Source of the DNA: Dehalococcoidia bacterium
Lineage (GTDB): Bacteria > Chloroflexota > Dehalococcoidia > Lucifugimonadales > G965248475
Assembly: GCA_965248475.1 (NCBI GenBank)
Contig: OZ252106.1
Span: forward strand, 20,746 to 84,745
Reading direction: 5' to 3'
Length of the DNA: 64,000 nt
Position 1 is the stretch's first letter; each line of letters begins with the position of its first letter. Shown here in pieces: positions 8,434 to 18,179 of the stretch. The notes beneath the pieces were generated by a model. That model was not told the DNA's origin and did no database searches. It saw only the letters and a program-made list of their open reading frames with translations. Both the position numbers and the translations under genes were made by a program.

Positions 8434-11013
8434 CTATGTGCGCTTCACCTTGAACCGGCGCAGGCGCAGGGAGTTGGACACGACGGAGACCGAGCTGATG
8501 GCCATAGCGGCGGCGGCCATGACCGGGTTCAGGAAGCCGTTGTCCCCAAGGATGTACTGGAGCGCGCCCGCAGGCACACCAGTGTGGAGTACCTGGGTAA
8601 GGAACAGGTATAGTAGTCCCGCCGCTAGCGGAATCAATGCGACATTGTACCCGAAGGCCCAGCCCAGGTTCTGTTTGATGGTTCGCATGGTGGCCTTGGA
8701 GAGGGCAATGGCGTCAGCTATACCGTGTAGGTCGCCACGCATCAGCGTGACATCCGCGGCCTCCATTGCCACGTCCGTGCCGGTGCCGATGGCGATACCC
8801 ACGTCGGCCTGGACCAAAGCTGGAGCGTCGTTGATGCCGTCGCCCACCATGGCTACCAGCTTGCCTTCTTGCTGAAGGGCCCGTACCTGGGCTGCCTTCT
8901 GGTCCGGAAGCACCTCGGCCAGCACCCGGTCGATCCCGGCCTCTGCGGCGATGGCCTTGGCGGTACGACGGTTGTCGCCGGTGAGCATGATTACCTCCAG
9001 ACCCAGCTTGTGCAGGGCCTGCACCGCCTCCCTGGCGTCCGTGCGCAGGGTATCAGCCACGGCTATGATGCCCTTTACCTGCTGGTCCACTGTTACGAAC
9101 ATGGGCGTTTTGCCCTGGGTGGAGAGCGCCAGGGCCCTCTCATCGAGTCCGTTCAGAGCAAGGTCCTGGGTCTCTATGAAGGCCAGGTTACCCAACGTCA
9201 CAGAGAAGCCGTTGACCCGGGCCTGAATACCCTGACCGGGCAGTGCCTGGAACTCCGTGGTCTCCTCAAGGGACAGGCCGCGCTCCTGGGCAGCCGCCAC
9301 AATGGCCTCGCCCAGGGGATGCTCCGAGCCGCGTTCCGCAGATGCAGCTAGTCTCAGCAGGTCGTCCTCAGCTGCGCCGTTGGTGGTGACTATGTCGGTG
9401 ACCATGGGTGCACCCTTGGTCAGGGTGCCGGTCTTGTCAAGCACCACTGTCTGGATTTTGTAGCTTCGTTCCAGCGCCTCAGCATCACGAATCAAAATGC
9501 CATGCTCTGCTCCTTTGCCCATTCCCACCATAATGGCGGTGGGGGTTGCCAGGCCCAGGGCACAGGGGCAGGCGATGATCAATACGGCAACTGCATTGAG
9601 GATGGCGATCGCCAGCGCGGGAGCAGGGCCAAAGAAGAACCATGCTGCCCACGTTGCAGTGGCAACCCCAATCACTACTGGCACGAAGTAGCTGGCCACA
9701 ACGTCTGCCAGGCGCTGGATGGGCGCCTTGGAGCCCTGGGCCTCCTCCACCAGTCGGATGATCTGGGATAGGGCGGTATCCCTGCCTACCTTGGTGGCGT
9801 TGAAACGAAAACTCCCGGTCTTGTTGATGGTCGCTCCGTAAATGGTCGAGCCTATTGCCTTCTCAACGGGCATGCTCTCTCCCGTGAGCATGGACTCGTC
9901 CACCGCAGAGGCGCCGTCTGTAATTTCGCCGTCCGCAGGGATGGACTCGCCGGGTCGTACCACTATCATGTCGTTTACCACGACCTCCGTGAGCGGTATG
10001 TCCATCTCCTGGTCATCCCGCACCACGCGTGCGGTCTTGGGTCGCAGCCCCATGAGCTTGCGGATGGCTGCGGAGGTCTGCCCTTTAGCGCGTGCTTCCA
10101 GGAGCCGCCCCAAAAGGACCAACGAAATGATCATAGCGGAGGCGTCGAAGTAGGTGCCGGTGCTGTGGTTGAAGGCGCTGTGGGCATGGAGCAGGTGCGC
10201 TTCACTGAAGAAGCCACTAAAGAAGGTGAGCACCGTGCTGTATGCATAGGCAACGGTGGTCCCTACAGCGACGAGTGTGTTCATGTTGGTGGTGTAGTGC
10301 TTGGCGGCACCCCAGGCCGCACGGTAGAACTGGGCGCCAGCCCAGAACTGCACCGGAGTCGCCATCAACCACAGGGCCAAGTTGAGTTGGAACTCGGTCA
10401 CTCGCAGTGTCTCCAGGGAGATAAACATGAGGACCATGATTGCGATCCCCACGCTGCCTGCGAGCCCGACCTTGCGTGTCAGGGTCCGAATCTCTTTGGT
10501 GCGCGCCAGGCGTTCGACCTCTGGCCCCTCACCCGTGCCCTCTTCAGGCACCCCTTCTGCCAAGTAGCCAGCGTCCGCTACGATGTCCCGAAAGTCTTCC
10601 CATGTTAGGGAGCCAGCCAGGTACTCCACGGTCGCCTTCTCGGTAGCCAGGTTTACCGTGGCGGACATTACGCCATCCAGTTCATTCAACGCATCTTCTA
10701 CGTGGGCGACGCAGGAGGCACAGGTCATCCCGCCGATGTTGAGGGTAATCTTGTCCAGCACGGCCTTGTAGCCGGAGTCGTCCACGGCCTCGGCCAGATC
10801 ACGGGCTGTGGTGTGGGCCGGATCGAACTCCACCTTGACCTTTTCCGTAGCCAGGTTCACCTGGGCCTCGGCCACGCCGGGGATCTCCTTCAGCGCCCCC
10901 TCTACATGCATGACGCAGGAGGCACAGGTCATACCTTCTACATTCATGGTGATCCGTATATTCATGGTGATCCGTATATTCTTCTCTTTGGTGGTCGTTA
11001 CTTTCCCCTTCAA
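8434..11013 (-). CDS. copA: copper-translocating P1B-type ATPase with two N-terminal HMA domains
   Basis: Two GMTCASCV metal-binding domains, CPC motif ([12 protein letters not shown]), DKTGTLT phosphorylation site, GDGINDAP hinge. The ORF-track start 11013 is TTG; ATG starts at 10965 or 10947 are more likely. Confidence 0.95.
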   Translation of the reverse strand: MKGKVTTTKEKNIRITMNIRITMNVEGMTCASCVMHVEGALKEIPGVAEAQVNLATEKVKVEFDPAHTTARDLAEAVDDSGYKAVLDKITLNIGGMTCASCVAHVEDALNELDGVMSATVNLATEKATVEYLAGSLTWEDFRDIVADAGYLAEGVPEEGTGEGPEVERLARTKEIRTLTRKVGLAGSVGIAIMVLMFISLETLRVTEFQLNLALWLMATPVQFWAGAQFYRAAWGAAKHYTTNMNTLVAVGTTVAYAYSTVLTFFSGFFSEAHLLHAHSAFNHSTGTYFDASAMIISLVLLGRLLEARAKGQTSAAIRKLMGLRPKTARVVRDDQEMDIPLTEVVVNDMIVVRPGESIPADGEITDGASAVDESMLTGESMPVEKAIGSTIYGATINKTGSFRFNATKVGRDTALSQIIRLVEEAQGSKAPIQRLADVVASYFVPVVIGVATATWAAWFFFGPAPALAIAILNAVAVLIIACPCALGLATPTAIMVGMGKGAEHGILIRDAEALERSYKIQTVVLDKTGTLTKGAPMVTDIVTTNGAAEDDLLRLAASAERGSEHPLGEAIVAAAQERGLSLEETTEFQALPGQGIQARVNGFSVTLGNLAFIETQDLALNGLDERALALSTQGKTPMFVTVDQQVKGIIAVADTLRTDAREAVQALHKLGLEVIMLTGDNRRTAKAIAAEAGIDRVLAEVLPDQKAAQVRALQQEGKLVAMVGDGINDAPALVQADVGIAIGTGTDVAMEAADVTLMRGDLHGIADAIALSKATMRTIKQNLGWAFGYNVALIPLAAGLLYLFLTQVLHTGVPAGALQYILGDNGFLNPVMAAAAMAISSVSVVSNSLRLRRFKVKRT
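10942..10981 (-). repeat. 18-bp tandem duplication (2.2 copies of ATTCATGGTGATCCGTAT) covering the copA start codon
   Basis: Plus strand reads attcatggtgatccgtat attcatggtgatccgtat attc. On the coding strand this duplicates ..ATACGGATCACCATGAAT.., giving [13 protein letters not shown]. Confidence 0.9.
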
Positions 11014-11019
11014 GGCTGC

Positions 11020-11286
11020 CTACCGCTCGACCAGGTTGTACAGTTCCATCAACTCGTCGAGCACCTCGCCTTCGCGTCCATCCCGTACACCCTCTATGAC
11101 GTGGGTGTGCAGGTGGCCTTCAAGGATAAGGCCTTCGATCTTCTGGATGGCGCGGCGTACGGCGTAGGTCTGCTTGAGGACGTCCACACAGTACTTGTCC
11201 TCTTCTATCATACGGCGGATGCCTGACAGGTGGCCGTCCACGTAGTTCAGGCGCTTCAACGTCTCTTCTTTGACCTCTGGCAGCAT
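11020..11286 (-). CDS. csoR: CsoR-family copper-sensing transcriptional repressor
   Basis: LKRLNYVDGHLSGIRRMIEEDKYCVDVLKQTYAVRRAI..HLHTHV matches the CsoR/RcnR (DUF156) fold with Cys/His ligands. AAGGAG lies 8 nt before ATG 11286. It sits 6 nt upstream of copA. Confidence 0.9.
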   Translation of the reverse strand: MLPEVKEETLKRLNYVDGHLSGIRRMIEEDKYCVDVLKQTYAVRRAIQKIEGLILEGHLHTHVIEGVRDGREGEVLDELMELYNLVER

Positions 11287-11334
11287 ATCTTCTACTCCTT
11301 GAACCGTACTAAGCAGACCCCTACTTCTCACCGA

Positions 11335-11400
11335 CCCACCCTCGAATGTTTATGCCCTCCGGTCCCGACAGGTCGGGACACTTTCCTGGAGTCTACTTAG
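11335..11400 (+). repeat. mosaic intergenic repeat, short copy (head + GGTCCCGAC-N-GTCGGGAC hairpin)
   Basis: ttctcaccgacccaccctcgaatg...ggtcccgacaggtcgggacac shares modules with the copies at 25608 and 35586. Confidence 0.6.
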
Positions 11401-11437
11401 TTCTTGTGCAGAGCCAGGCCCCCTCATTTTGAAACCC

Positions 11438-11460
11438 ATACCCCCTGGGTGGGGGTCTAC
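11438..11460 (-). promoter_or_regulatory. candidate CsoR operator (GC-rich inverted repeat ACCCCC-N5-GGGGGT)
   Basis: ATACCCCCTGGGTGGGGGTCTAC lies ~150 nt upstream of csoR. It resembles described CsoR operators (TACCC..GGGGTA type pseudo-palindromes). Confidence 0.45.
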
Positions 11461-11534
11461 GGATAGAATAGCAGTCGTTGGAGTGGGTGTCAAGAGGATA
11501 TGAAGGCTGCTGGTGCGGAGGCGATGGGAGGCTG

Positions 11535-12389
11535 CTAACTCACTTCTGCCAGGAAGCGTGAAACCACCTGGTTGAAGAACTCAAGATTATCGCCGTGGAC
11601 GTAGTGGGTGGCATCGGGCACCTCCACCCACCTGACGTTGGGGTTGGCCTTGGCCATCTCTTCTGCGGTCTCTCCTGAGAGGACGTCTGACATGGCGCCT
11701 CGCAGCACCAGCGTGGGGCACTGGAGACCGCGAACGTGGGGCCACAGGTCCATCTGTCTGTCAGGATTGGAGTCCTCCATGACCTTCATGATCCCCTGGA
11801 GGTCGTACTTCCAAGTGACCTTGCCGCCAGGCAGCTCCTTCAGTGTGTTTTCCAGGCGCAGCCTCATGGCCTCTTCAGAGATCAAGGGCCGTTGCTCCCG
11901 CCACATGGCCTCGGCCTCTGCCCAGGAGGCGAATTCCATAGGGGTGTTCTTTATCTCCTGTGCGATGCGATTGCCTCCGGTGGGTTGCGCGGCCCTGGGC
12001 CCCATGTCCTCTACTACTGCCGCCGCCACCCTGTCCGGGTGCTGGGACGCGTATACCATTGTGTTGGCACCACCCATGGAGTGGCCTATGAGCACGAAAC
12101 GGTCCAGGCCAAGCTGGTCAACCAGCTGCTCCAGGTCTGACACGTAGGACTGGGTGTGGTAGCGAAGCTCCGGATCCCAGTCGCTGTCGCCGCGCCCCCG
12201 CTGGTCGACTGCTATGACGCGGTAACGGTCGCTGAACTCCCGGGACACGCCGTCCCAGTCGTGCGCAAAGCTACGTAGCCCGTGGAGCAGGACTACGGGC
12301 ATGGCCTTCTGATCGCTCCAGTCCAGGTAGTGGATGCGCAATCCGTTGACCGTGGCGACTCCGTCGGTGACCTTTGCCTGGGTAGCCAT
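11535..12389 (-). CDS. alpha/beta-fold hydrolase
   Basis: HGLRSF..DW, nucleophile elbow GHSMGG, C-terminal ..DATHYVH. Start taken at ATG 12389 (MATQAKV) rather than the ORF-track 12464. Confidence 0.8.
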   Translation of the reverse strand: MATQAKVTDGVATVNGLRIHYLDWSDQKAMPVVLLHGLRSFAHDWDGVSREFSDRYRVIAVDQRGRGDSDWDPELRYHTQSYVSDLEQLVDQLGLDRFVLIGHSMGGANTMVYASQHPDRVAAAVVEDMGPRAAQPTGGNRIAQEIKNTPMEFASWAEAEAMWREQRPLISEEAMRLRLENTLKELPGGKVTWKYDLQGIMKVMEDSNPDRQMDLWPHVRGLQCPTLVLRGAMSDVLSGETAEEMAKANPNVRWVEVPDATHYVHGDNLEFFNQVVSRFLAEVS

Positions 12390-12506
12390 TTTCGTTTCCC
12401 TACTGGCGGCTGTATCCGGTGTGTTTGTAGTGCGAGGTTCTAATCTGGAGATAGCCCTACACAAAAAGTGCCGACGCCGGGACTATTATATTATCAGCAA
12501 GTCAAT

Positions 12507-12606
12507 TCTTCCCACCCACTCCACCCTCGGCATCTTTTTTTGGAGAAGGGGGACACCCCCTTAGACCCCCGGCAGAGAACCTGGAGTTCTCTGCACTCTC
12601 CTTGGG
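12507..12606 (+). repeat. mosaic intergenic repeat copy (head + GGGGGACACCCCC module + CAGAGAACC/GGTTCTCTG hairpin)
   Basis: ttcttcccacccactccaccctcgg..ggagaagggggacacccccttagaccccc..ggcagagaacctggagttctctgcactctccttggg. Confidence 0.8.
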
Positions 12607-12656
12607 ATCATCTATTAGTTGTCGTGCAAAGCAGATTCACTCGATGAGTGGACTCT

Positions 12657-13607
12657 TCAGCCAACCTCCGGCAGCACCTGCTCACCAAGGAGGCGTATGG
12701 TGCGCAACACCTGCTCCTGGGCCATACCTACCGCCTGCAAGCGGCAGATCATATATGTGGCGCCCAGACGCTCCTGATACTCCCGCACGCGTTCCATGCC
12801 TTGCTCCGGGGTGCCGACAATGAACTGGGTCAGTGTCCTGCGCTCGAACTCCTCACGTTCGTACTGGGGGCCCAGGAAGCGGTGTGCTTCTGACATGGCC
12901 TGTTCCTGATCGTCCGAGAGATAGACCCACGAGCTGACTGGAAAGTCGTTCGGGACGGGGTTGCCGAACTCGGCCAAGGCCGCGTGGTAGATGGCCTGTT
13001 GTGGCAGCAGCGGTTCGATGCCACCGCCGCCGGGGAACCAGACGTGGCCCAAGCGGGCTGCTCTGCGAATTGCGGCTTCGCTGCCGCCACCCAGCCAGAG
13101 ACGGGGATACGGCTTCTGGACGGGTATCGCCATTGCCTGGGTCTTGGGCACCGTGAAATACCTGCCCTGAAACTCTACGTCACCGCCCTGCCAAAGTAGC
13201 TTCATCACCTCCAGCGACTCCTCGAACCGGGACGGCCGGCGCCGACGGTCCACGCCGAATGCCTGGTACTCGATATCAACATTGCCCAGGCCAAGGCCGA
13301 GGATGAAGCGGCCGTTGGTCATGACGTCCAGGGTGGCTACCTGCTCGGCGATGTCCACCGGGTTGTGCAGGGGCAGTAGCAGCACAGAGGTGCCGATCTC
13401 CATATCGCCAGCATCGGCGGCGAGGCGAGCGAGGAGGGGCAGCGTCTGGAGGCGCTGATTGGGCGCTGTGAGATAGTGCTGGCCGCTTGTGACGATGGAG
13501 AAGCCCAGGTCCCGGGCCAGTCTTACCTGCTCGGCCAGGTCATGGAAGACCTGGGTCATGTCTGCGTCCGCTGGATGGTGGGCGGTGACCCACAGGCCGA
13601 ATTTCAA
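12657..13607 (-). CDS. LLM-class (luciferase-like) flavin/F420-dependent oxidoreductase
   Basis: MKFGLWV..start typical of the family, TIM-barrel-length ORF, LGLGLGN..EY..FG motif. TTG start with AGGAGGA 5 nt upstream. Confidence 0.8.
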   Translation of the reverse strand: MKFGLWVTAHHPADADMTQVFHDLAEQVRLARDLGFSIVTSGQHYLTAPNQRLQTLPLLARLAADAGDMEIGTSVLLLPLHNPVDIAEQVATLDVMTNGRFILGLGLGNVDIEYQAFGVDRRRRPSRFEESLEVMKLLWQGGDVEFQGRYFTVPKTQAMAIPVQKPYPRLWLGGGSEAAIRRAARLGHVWFPGGGGIEPLLPQQAIYHAALAEFGNPVPNDFPVSSWVYLSDDQEQAMSEAHRFLGPQYEREEFERRTLTQFIVGTPEQGMERVREYQERLGATYMICRLQAVGMAQEQVLRTIRLLGEQVLPEVG

Positions 13608-13924
13608 GGAGTCCTCCTATATCTGTACGGCAGGTTCCCTGGGTGGGATGAATGAAATCTGGAGTTGAATGGTCGATGTTGATTGATTTATCGGGTTTTG
13701 GTGCTGCGGCAGCTTTGCATGGTATCTGCGTGAGGGTGCATGATCCCAGATAGGATGGCCTGATTGTTTCAGAAAAGGTGATTAGGAGCGGTAGGTCGAT
13801 TTTAAGGTAGTCCAGTCCATAGAGGCCATCACAAGGTAGAGTATCAGAGTTAGTCTGAGCCTGGGTAGAGAGGTGTGGCATGGGTGCAACGGCAAGCGCC
13901 AGGCGTTCGTTTGCGGCAGGCGTC

Positions 13925-14255
13925 TTTTTCCCACCCACCCACCCTCGTATGTTTGTCAGTTAGGGAGGACACCTCCTCCGACTTTGTCGCGAGTCGCGAT
14001 GAGCGAAGCATCATCGGACCTAAGACCTGCTGGCAGAGAACCCAGGTTCTCTGCACTCTCCTTGGATGGTTGCAGTTCCTCAACGGCGTGTGAGTGTTGC
14101 CTGCCCACCTGCCCTTAGTATCTTTTTGAAAGAAGGGGGACACCTCCTCGACTTGTCCGGACACATCGGGATGAGAGAAGTGCCGACTCGGTCGAGCACT
14201 CACGATGGAATCGGAGACTCGCGACTCCTGTCGGAGCTCAGCATGAGCGGTACTT
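13925..14255 (+). repeat. mosaic intergenic repeat, largest composite (two head-to-tail sets of modules)
   Basis: It holds a perfect CCCACCCACCCACCC head, a short and a long CCGACTT(T)GTC..GATGAG..ATCGGA module, the CAGAGAACC hairpin and the GATGGAATCGGAGACTCGCGACTCCTGTCGGAGCTCAGCATGAGCGG module. Confidence 0.8.
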
Positions 14256-14327
14256 CTGCCAACCCCAGGGTGTATCATCACTGTGGGCGGTGGTGTTCCC
14301 GAAGCATTTCCCCGGTAGGATGAAACT

Positions 14328-14867
14328 ATGGCCCCGTTCGGCCCATTGCTCAGCTTTCTTTCCGACTTGTCTAAGGTCCCTATTTTGGAGATGGGAACGG
14401 AAGCTTCTGGGCCATTCGAGATTGAGGAGCCCCACCCCATACTATTTTCTGGAAACTCAACGCTTGATTATGTATACATTGCATATCGTCTGAAGGTGCA
14501 CAATAAGCAAAAGTATTTTCTGAACAGTGCTGCCGAAAGTTGTGTAGCCTGGCTTGATCTTGAAAGAACTCCTGAGGCATATCAACTTGCATGGGTGGGT
14601 AGTCAAGCAGAGATGACCATCAACGTAGGTGACTATCGAGAGATAGACCTCTGCGCTAGAGTTGCTCGCAATGGCTCGATAGTAGCTCCGACGGAACGAG
14701 GTTACTGGGGTACGGAGGAGAGACGTTCAAGTCCAAGGACCATCGGGAATGGCATAGATGAATTGAGAGGCGAAATACGGGTGACGTCCGCCAATGGTAA
14801 GCTGGTTTCACGGAGGATAATCATATCGCCAACTAATGACAGACATCTCACCGTTGACATTCATTGA
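14328..14867 (+). CDS. hypothetical protein (orphan, visibly lower GC)
   Basis: ORF only. No recognisable motif. The 5' part overlaps repeat-derived sequence, so the true start is probably internal (e.g. MGTEASGPFE). Confidence 0.3.
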   Translation: MAPFGPLLSFLSDLSKVPILEMGTEASGPFEIEEPHPILFSGNSTLDYVYIAYRLKVHNKQKYFLNSAAESCVAWLDLERTPEAYQLAWVGSQAEMTINVGDYREIDLCARVARNGSIVAPTERGYWGTEERRSSPRTIGNGIDELRGEIRVTSANGKLVSRRIIISPTNDRHLTVDIH

Positions 14868-15031
14868 GTCTTCTCACTATTGCTAATCAGAGCAGAGTTC
14901 CGAGCGGGTGGGCGCTGCGTTTCCTGGGAGAAACGTGCTCGGGATGCTAGCTCTCCAGATAGGGAGTCCGGTTGCGGGCCTTCCCAACAACCTGCTAGCA
15001 TTCTCGGCGACCATCTAAGGAGAGTCCAAGA

Positions 15032-16108
15032 TTGGGTAAAATAAAGGTAGCAATCATAGGCGTAGGTAACTGTGCATCATCTCTTATTCAAGGGGTGCAT
15101 AAGTATCGCGAGGCGCCTGACGACGGGCCAATCCCCGGCCTGATGCACACAGTACTGGGCGACTATCACATTGGCGATATCGAGTTCGTTGCCGCCTTTG
15201 ATATAGACAAGAACAAGGTTGGTCTGGACCTGAGCGAGGCGATCTGCGCCCCCCCCAATAACACCTTTACATTCGCCGACGTGCCCCACATGGGCGTGAC
15301 GGTGCAGCGGGGCATGACGCACGACGGGATAGGCAAGTACGTGGCGGAGAAGGTCCAGAAGGCCCCAGGGTCCACAGTAGATATCGTCAATGTGCTCCAG
15401 GAGACCGGGGCCGAGGTGGTGGTCAGCTACCTGCCCGTGGGTAGCGAGGAGGCCACCAAGTGGTATGTAGAGCAGATCCTGGAGGCGGGATGCGCCTTCG
15501 TCAACTGCATTCCGGTATTCATCGCCAGGGAGTCGTACTGGCAGGGCCGGTTCGAAAAGAAGGGCCTGCCTATCATCGGCGACGACATTAAGTCGCAGGT
15601 AGGCTCCACCATCGTACACAGGGTGCTCACGCGTCTGTTTGAGGATCGGGGCGTCAAGGTGGAGAGGACTTATCAGCTCAATTTTGGTGGCAATATGGAC
15701 TTCCTGAACATGCTGGAGCGGGAGCGGTTGGATTCGAAGAAGATATCCAAGACCAATGCGGTCACCTCCCAACTCACCGACAATGAAAAGCTTGACGAAG
15801 ACAACGTTCACATCGGCCCCAGCGACTACGTGCCGTGGCTGAATGACCGGAAGTGGGCACACATACGCCTGGAGGGCCGGACATTTGGCGACGTTCCACT
15901 CAACCTGGAGCTGAAGCTTGAGGTGTGGGACAGCCCGAACTCGGCGGGAGTTGTGGTAGACGCTATCCGCTGCTGCAAGCTGGCGTTGGACCGGGGCATG
16001 TCAGGTGCTCTAACTGCGCCTTCTTCCTACTTTATGAAGTCGCCGCCAGTCCAGTACACTGACTCCGAGGCCCATGACAACGTGGAGGCCTTTATCCGGG
16101 GCGAGTAG
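15032..16108 (+). CDS. ino1: myo-inositol-1-phosphate synthase
   Basis: [21 protein letters not shown] Rossmann start, ..YLPVGSE..ATKWY.., ..[11 protein letters not shown].., ..SDYVPWL.. match short bacterial/archaeal MIPS. TTG start preceded by AAGGAG. Confidence 0.9.
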   Translation: MGKIKVAIIGVGNCASSLIQGVHKYREAPDDGPIPGLMHTVLGDYHIGDIEFVAAFDIDKNKVGLDLSEAICAPPNNTFTFADVPHMGVTVQRGMTHDGIGKYVAEKVQKAPGSTVDIVNVLQETGAEVVVSYLPVGSEEATKWYVEQILEAGCAFVNCIPVFIARESYWQGRFEKKGLPIIGDDIKSQVGSTIVHRVLTRLFEDRGVKVERTYQLNFGGNMDFLNMLERERLDSKKISKTNAVTSQLTDNEKLDEDNVHIGPSDYVPWLNDRKWAHIRLEGRTFGDVPLNLELKLEVWDSPNSAGVVVDAIRCCKLALDRGMSGALTAPSSYFMKSPPVQYTDSEAHDNVEAFIRGE

Positions 16109-16183
16109 GGCAGCGCACCAGATCCAGCTACGGGTTGTCCCGCAGGCTCCGGGCCGGAGGGCCGACACCAGGCGAGATATGTT

Positions 16184-17371
16184 ATGAAGGTAGCGCTAGT
16201 ATCACCGTACGACTTCGCATACCCTGGCGGGGTTGTATCGCACATATCGCAGCTGTCATTGCAGTTGGAGCGGATGGGGCATACGGTCAAGATCATTGCA
16301 CCCGCGACGGCTCCCAATGCCAACGCGCTGGGGCTGGCCAACCTGATACCGGTAGGCCGTCCGTTCCCAGTTCCCAGCGGTGGGTCCATTGCCCGCATAT
16401 CACTCTCTGTGTGGCGGGAACGGCGGGTGAAGACCATCCTGCGGGAGGAGGGCTTCGACGTCATCCATCTGCACGAGCCGCTGGCGCCGGTGCTCCCTCC
16501 CACGGTGCTCCACCTTTCGAATACTGTAAATGTTGGGACGTTCCACGCCTTTCACGGGAGGGCATGGCAGTATCGGTTGAGCCGGAGGATCATCCGATAC
16601 TGGTTTGACAGGCTGGACGGCCGCATAGCCGTTTCCCAGCCCGCGCTTGGGTATATCAGCAGGTTCTTTCCCGGCGACTACACGGTTGTTCCAAACGGTG
16701 TGGACGCGGACTGGTACGCTGAGCCGGTCCCTCCCTTCGATGCGTTCAACGACGGCAAGCTGAACATTCTGTACCTGGGCCGGATGGAGAAACGCAAGGG
16801 CCTGAAGTACCTGCTGGCGGCCTTCAGCAGGCTGAAGTGGGACTACCCAAATATTCGTCTCATAGTTGTAGGGCCCGGGAACCCAGGCAAGGAGTGCTAC
16901 CGGCTCATGGCCGAGCGGAACCTTCAGGATGTCGTCTTCGTCGGGCATGTCAGTGACGACGCGAAGCGGAGGTACTTCCGTACGGCGGACATATTCTGCG
17001 CACCCGCGACCGGCAAGGAGAGTTTTGGGATAGTGCTGTGCGAGGCTATGGCATCGGGCATACCCATAGTTGCCTCCAACATAGACGGGTTCAACAGCGT
17101 GTTGACCGATGGACAGGAGGGGTTCATGGTGCCTCCCAAGAACGAGGAGGCCCTGGCCCTGGCGTTGGAGAAGCTGGTCAAGGACGCTGACCTGCGCCGC
17201 CAGATGGGTCAGATGGGTATGAAAACGGTCCAGAAGTACCGGTGGAGCAGGGTTGCCGAGCAGGTGGTCCGGTGCTACGAAGACGCCGCCGTTCATCGCG
17301 CCGCGCCGCATGGGGGAGATGGGCCTGGGGATGCGGATCTTGGGAAGACGGAGGCGGCGGTTGGCGGTTAG
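16184..17371 (+). CDS. GT4-family glycosyltransferase, PimA-like (phosphatidylinositol mannosyltransferase-like)
   Basis: MKVALVSPYDFAYPGGV.H start plus C-terminal E-x7-E GT4 signature region (FCAPATGKESFGIVLCEAMASG). Its position between ino1 and a PI-phosphate synthase-like gene supports the role. Confidence 0.75.
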   Translation: MKVALVSPYDFAYPGGVVSHISQLSLQLERMGHTVKIIAPATAPNANALGLANLIPVGRPFPVPSGGSIARISLSVWRERRVKTILREEGFDVIHLHEPLAPVLPPTVLHLSNTVNVGTFHAFHGRAWQYRLSRRIIRYWFDRLDGRIAVSQPALGYISRFFPGDYTVVPNGVDADWYAEPVPPFDAFNDGKLNILYLGRMEKRKGLKYLLAAFSRLKWDYPNIRLIVVGPGNPGKECYRLMAERNLQDVVFVGHVSDDAKRRYFRTADIFCAPATGKESFGIVLCEAMASGIPIVASNIDGFNSVLTDGQEGFMVPPKNEEALALALEKLVKDADLRRQMGQMGMKTVQKYRWSRVAEQVVRCYEDAAVHRAAPHGGDGPGDADLGKTEAAVGG

Positions 17372-17948
17372 GGACGACGCTCGGCGTCTGGCAACACGAT
17401 ACTTTGAAGAGCCCGCGGCCCGGTTCCTTCACACCCTGAAGCTCACACCCAACGTCGTCACGCTGCTGGGGTTGATAGGGACCGCCGGGGCGGCCTACCT
17501 GGCCAGTGTGGGCAGTCTGCTTGCGGCGGGCCTTGTGCTGGCCGTAGCCAGCGTCCTAGATATGCTGGATGGCGCTCTGGCGCGTTTCACCGGTAGGGCG
17601 AGCCGGTTTGGTGCGGCGCTGGACTCAGTGGCCGACCGGTTGTCGGAGGCGGTGCTGCTGCTGGGTGTTTTCATCTTCTACCTGCGTGGGGACGACGACG
17701 TGGGCGCCACGCTTGCCGTCGTTGCTCTGATCACATCCTACATGGTCAGCTACATACGTGCTCGTGGCGAGGGTCTGGGCATAACGATGAAGGATAGTGG
17801 CCTGGGTACCAGGCCTGAGCGCCTGGTGATCATGATTGTTGGGCTGGTGACAGGGTGGGTGATGGTGGCACTGGGCGTGGTGATAGCGATTTCAGCGGCA
17901 ACCTCGGCGCAGCGTATGTACCACCTGTGGCGTGAGGCGAAAGGGTAG
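17331..17948 (+). CDS. CDP-alcohol phosphatidyltransferase (phosphatidylinositol-phosphate synthase-like)
   Basis: DMLDGALARFTGRASRFGAALDSVADR fits D-x2-DG-x2-AR-x8-G-x3-D-x3-D. Multiple TM spans. In-frame ATG 17331 overlaps the end of the GT4 gene. Confidence 0.85.
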   Translation: MRILGRRRRRLAVRDDARRLATRYFEEPAARFLHTLKLTPNVVTLLGLIGTAGAAYLASVGSLLAAGLVLAVASVLDMLDGALARFTGRASRFGAALDSVADRLSEAVLLLGVFIFYLRGDDDVGATLAVVALITSYMVSYIRARGEGLGITMKDSGLGTRPERLVIMIVGLVTGWVMVALGVVIAISAATSAQRMYHLWREAKG

Positions 17949-18011
17949 GGCGTGCCCTGCACCGGCGTTGTTTCTGCTGCTCGGTTCGACCTTCACCCGT
18001 AAGAACAGACA

Positions 18012-18170
18012 TTACTCGGCGCTTCTTACGGCGTGTCCACCGAACCGGTTGCGCATGGATGCCAGAAGCCTGGCCCCGAAGGGCTGGTCCTGACGGGAGC
18101 GGAACCTGGCCTGGAGGGATAGGGTAATCACAGGCGCGGGTACGCCCAGCTCCAAATGGTTACCTCCAGT
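18012..18170 (-). pseudogene. 3' fragment of a 6-phosphogluconate dehydrogenase-like gene
   Basis: Minus-strand frame reads ..ELGVPAPVITLSLQARFRSRQDQPFGARLLASMRNRFGGHAVRSAE*, the conserved C-terminal block of short Gnd-type enzymes. No upstream part of the gene is present. Confidence 0.5.
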
Positions 18171-18179
18171 GCAGATCAC

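Noticed and set aside
13850-14440. ORFs of 65-196 aa across the repeat composite (similar ones at 35462..35851 and 38724..39104)
   Set aside because: They are translations of the mosaic repeat modules. The same peptides recur at unrelated loci in different combinations, which is expected for non-coding repeats, not genes.
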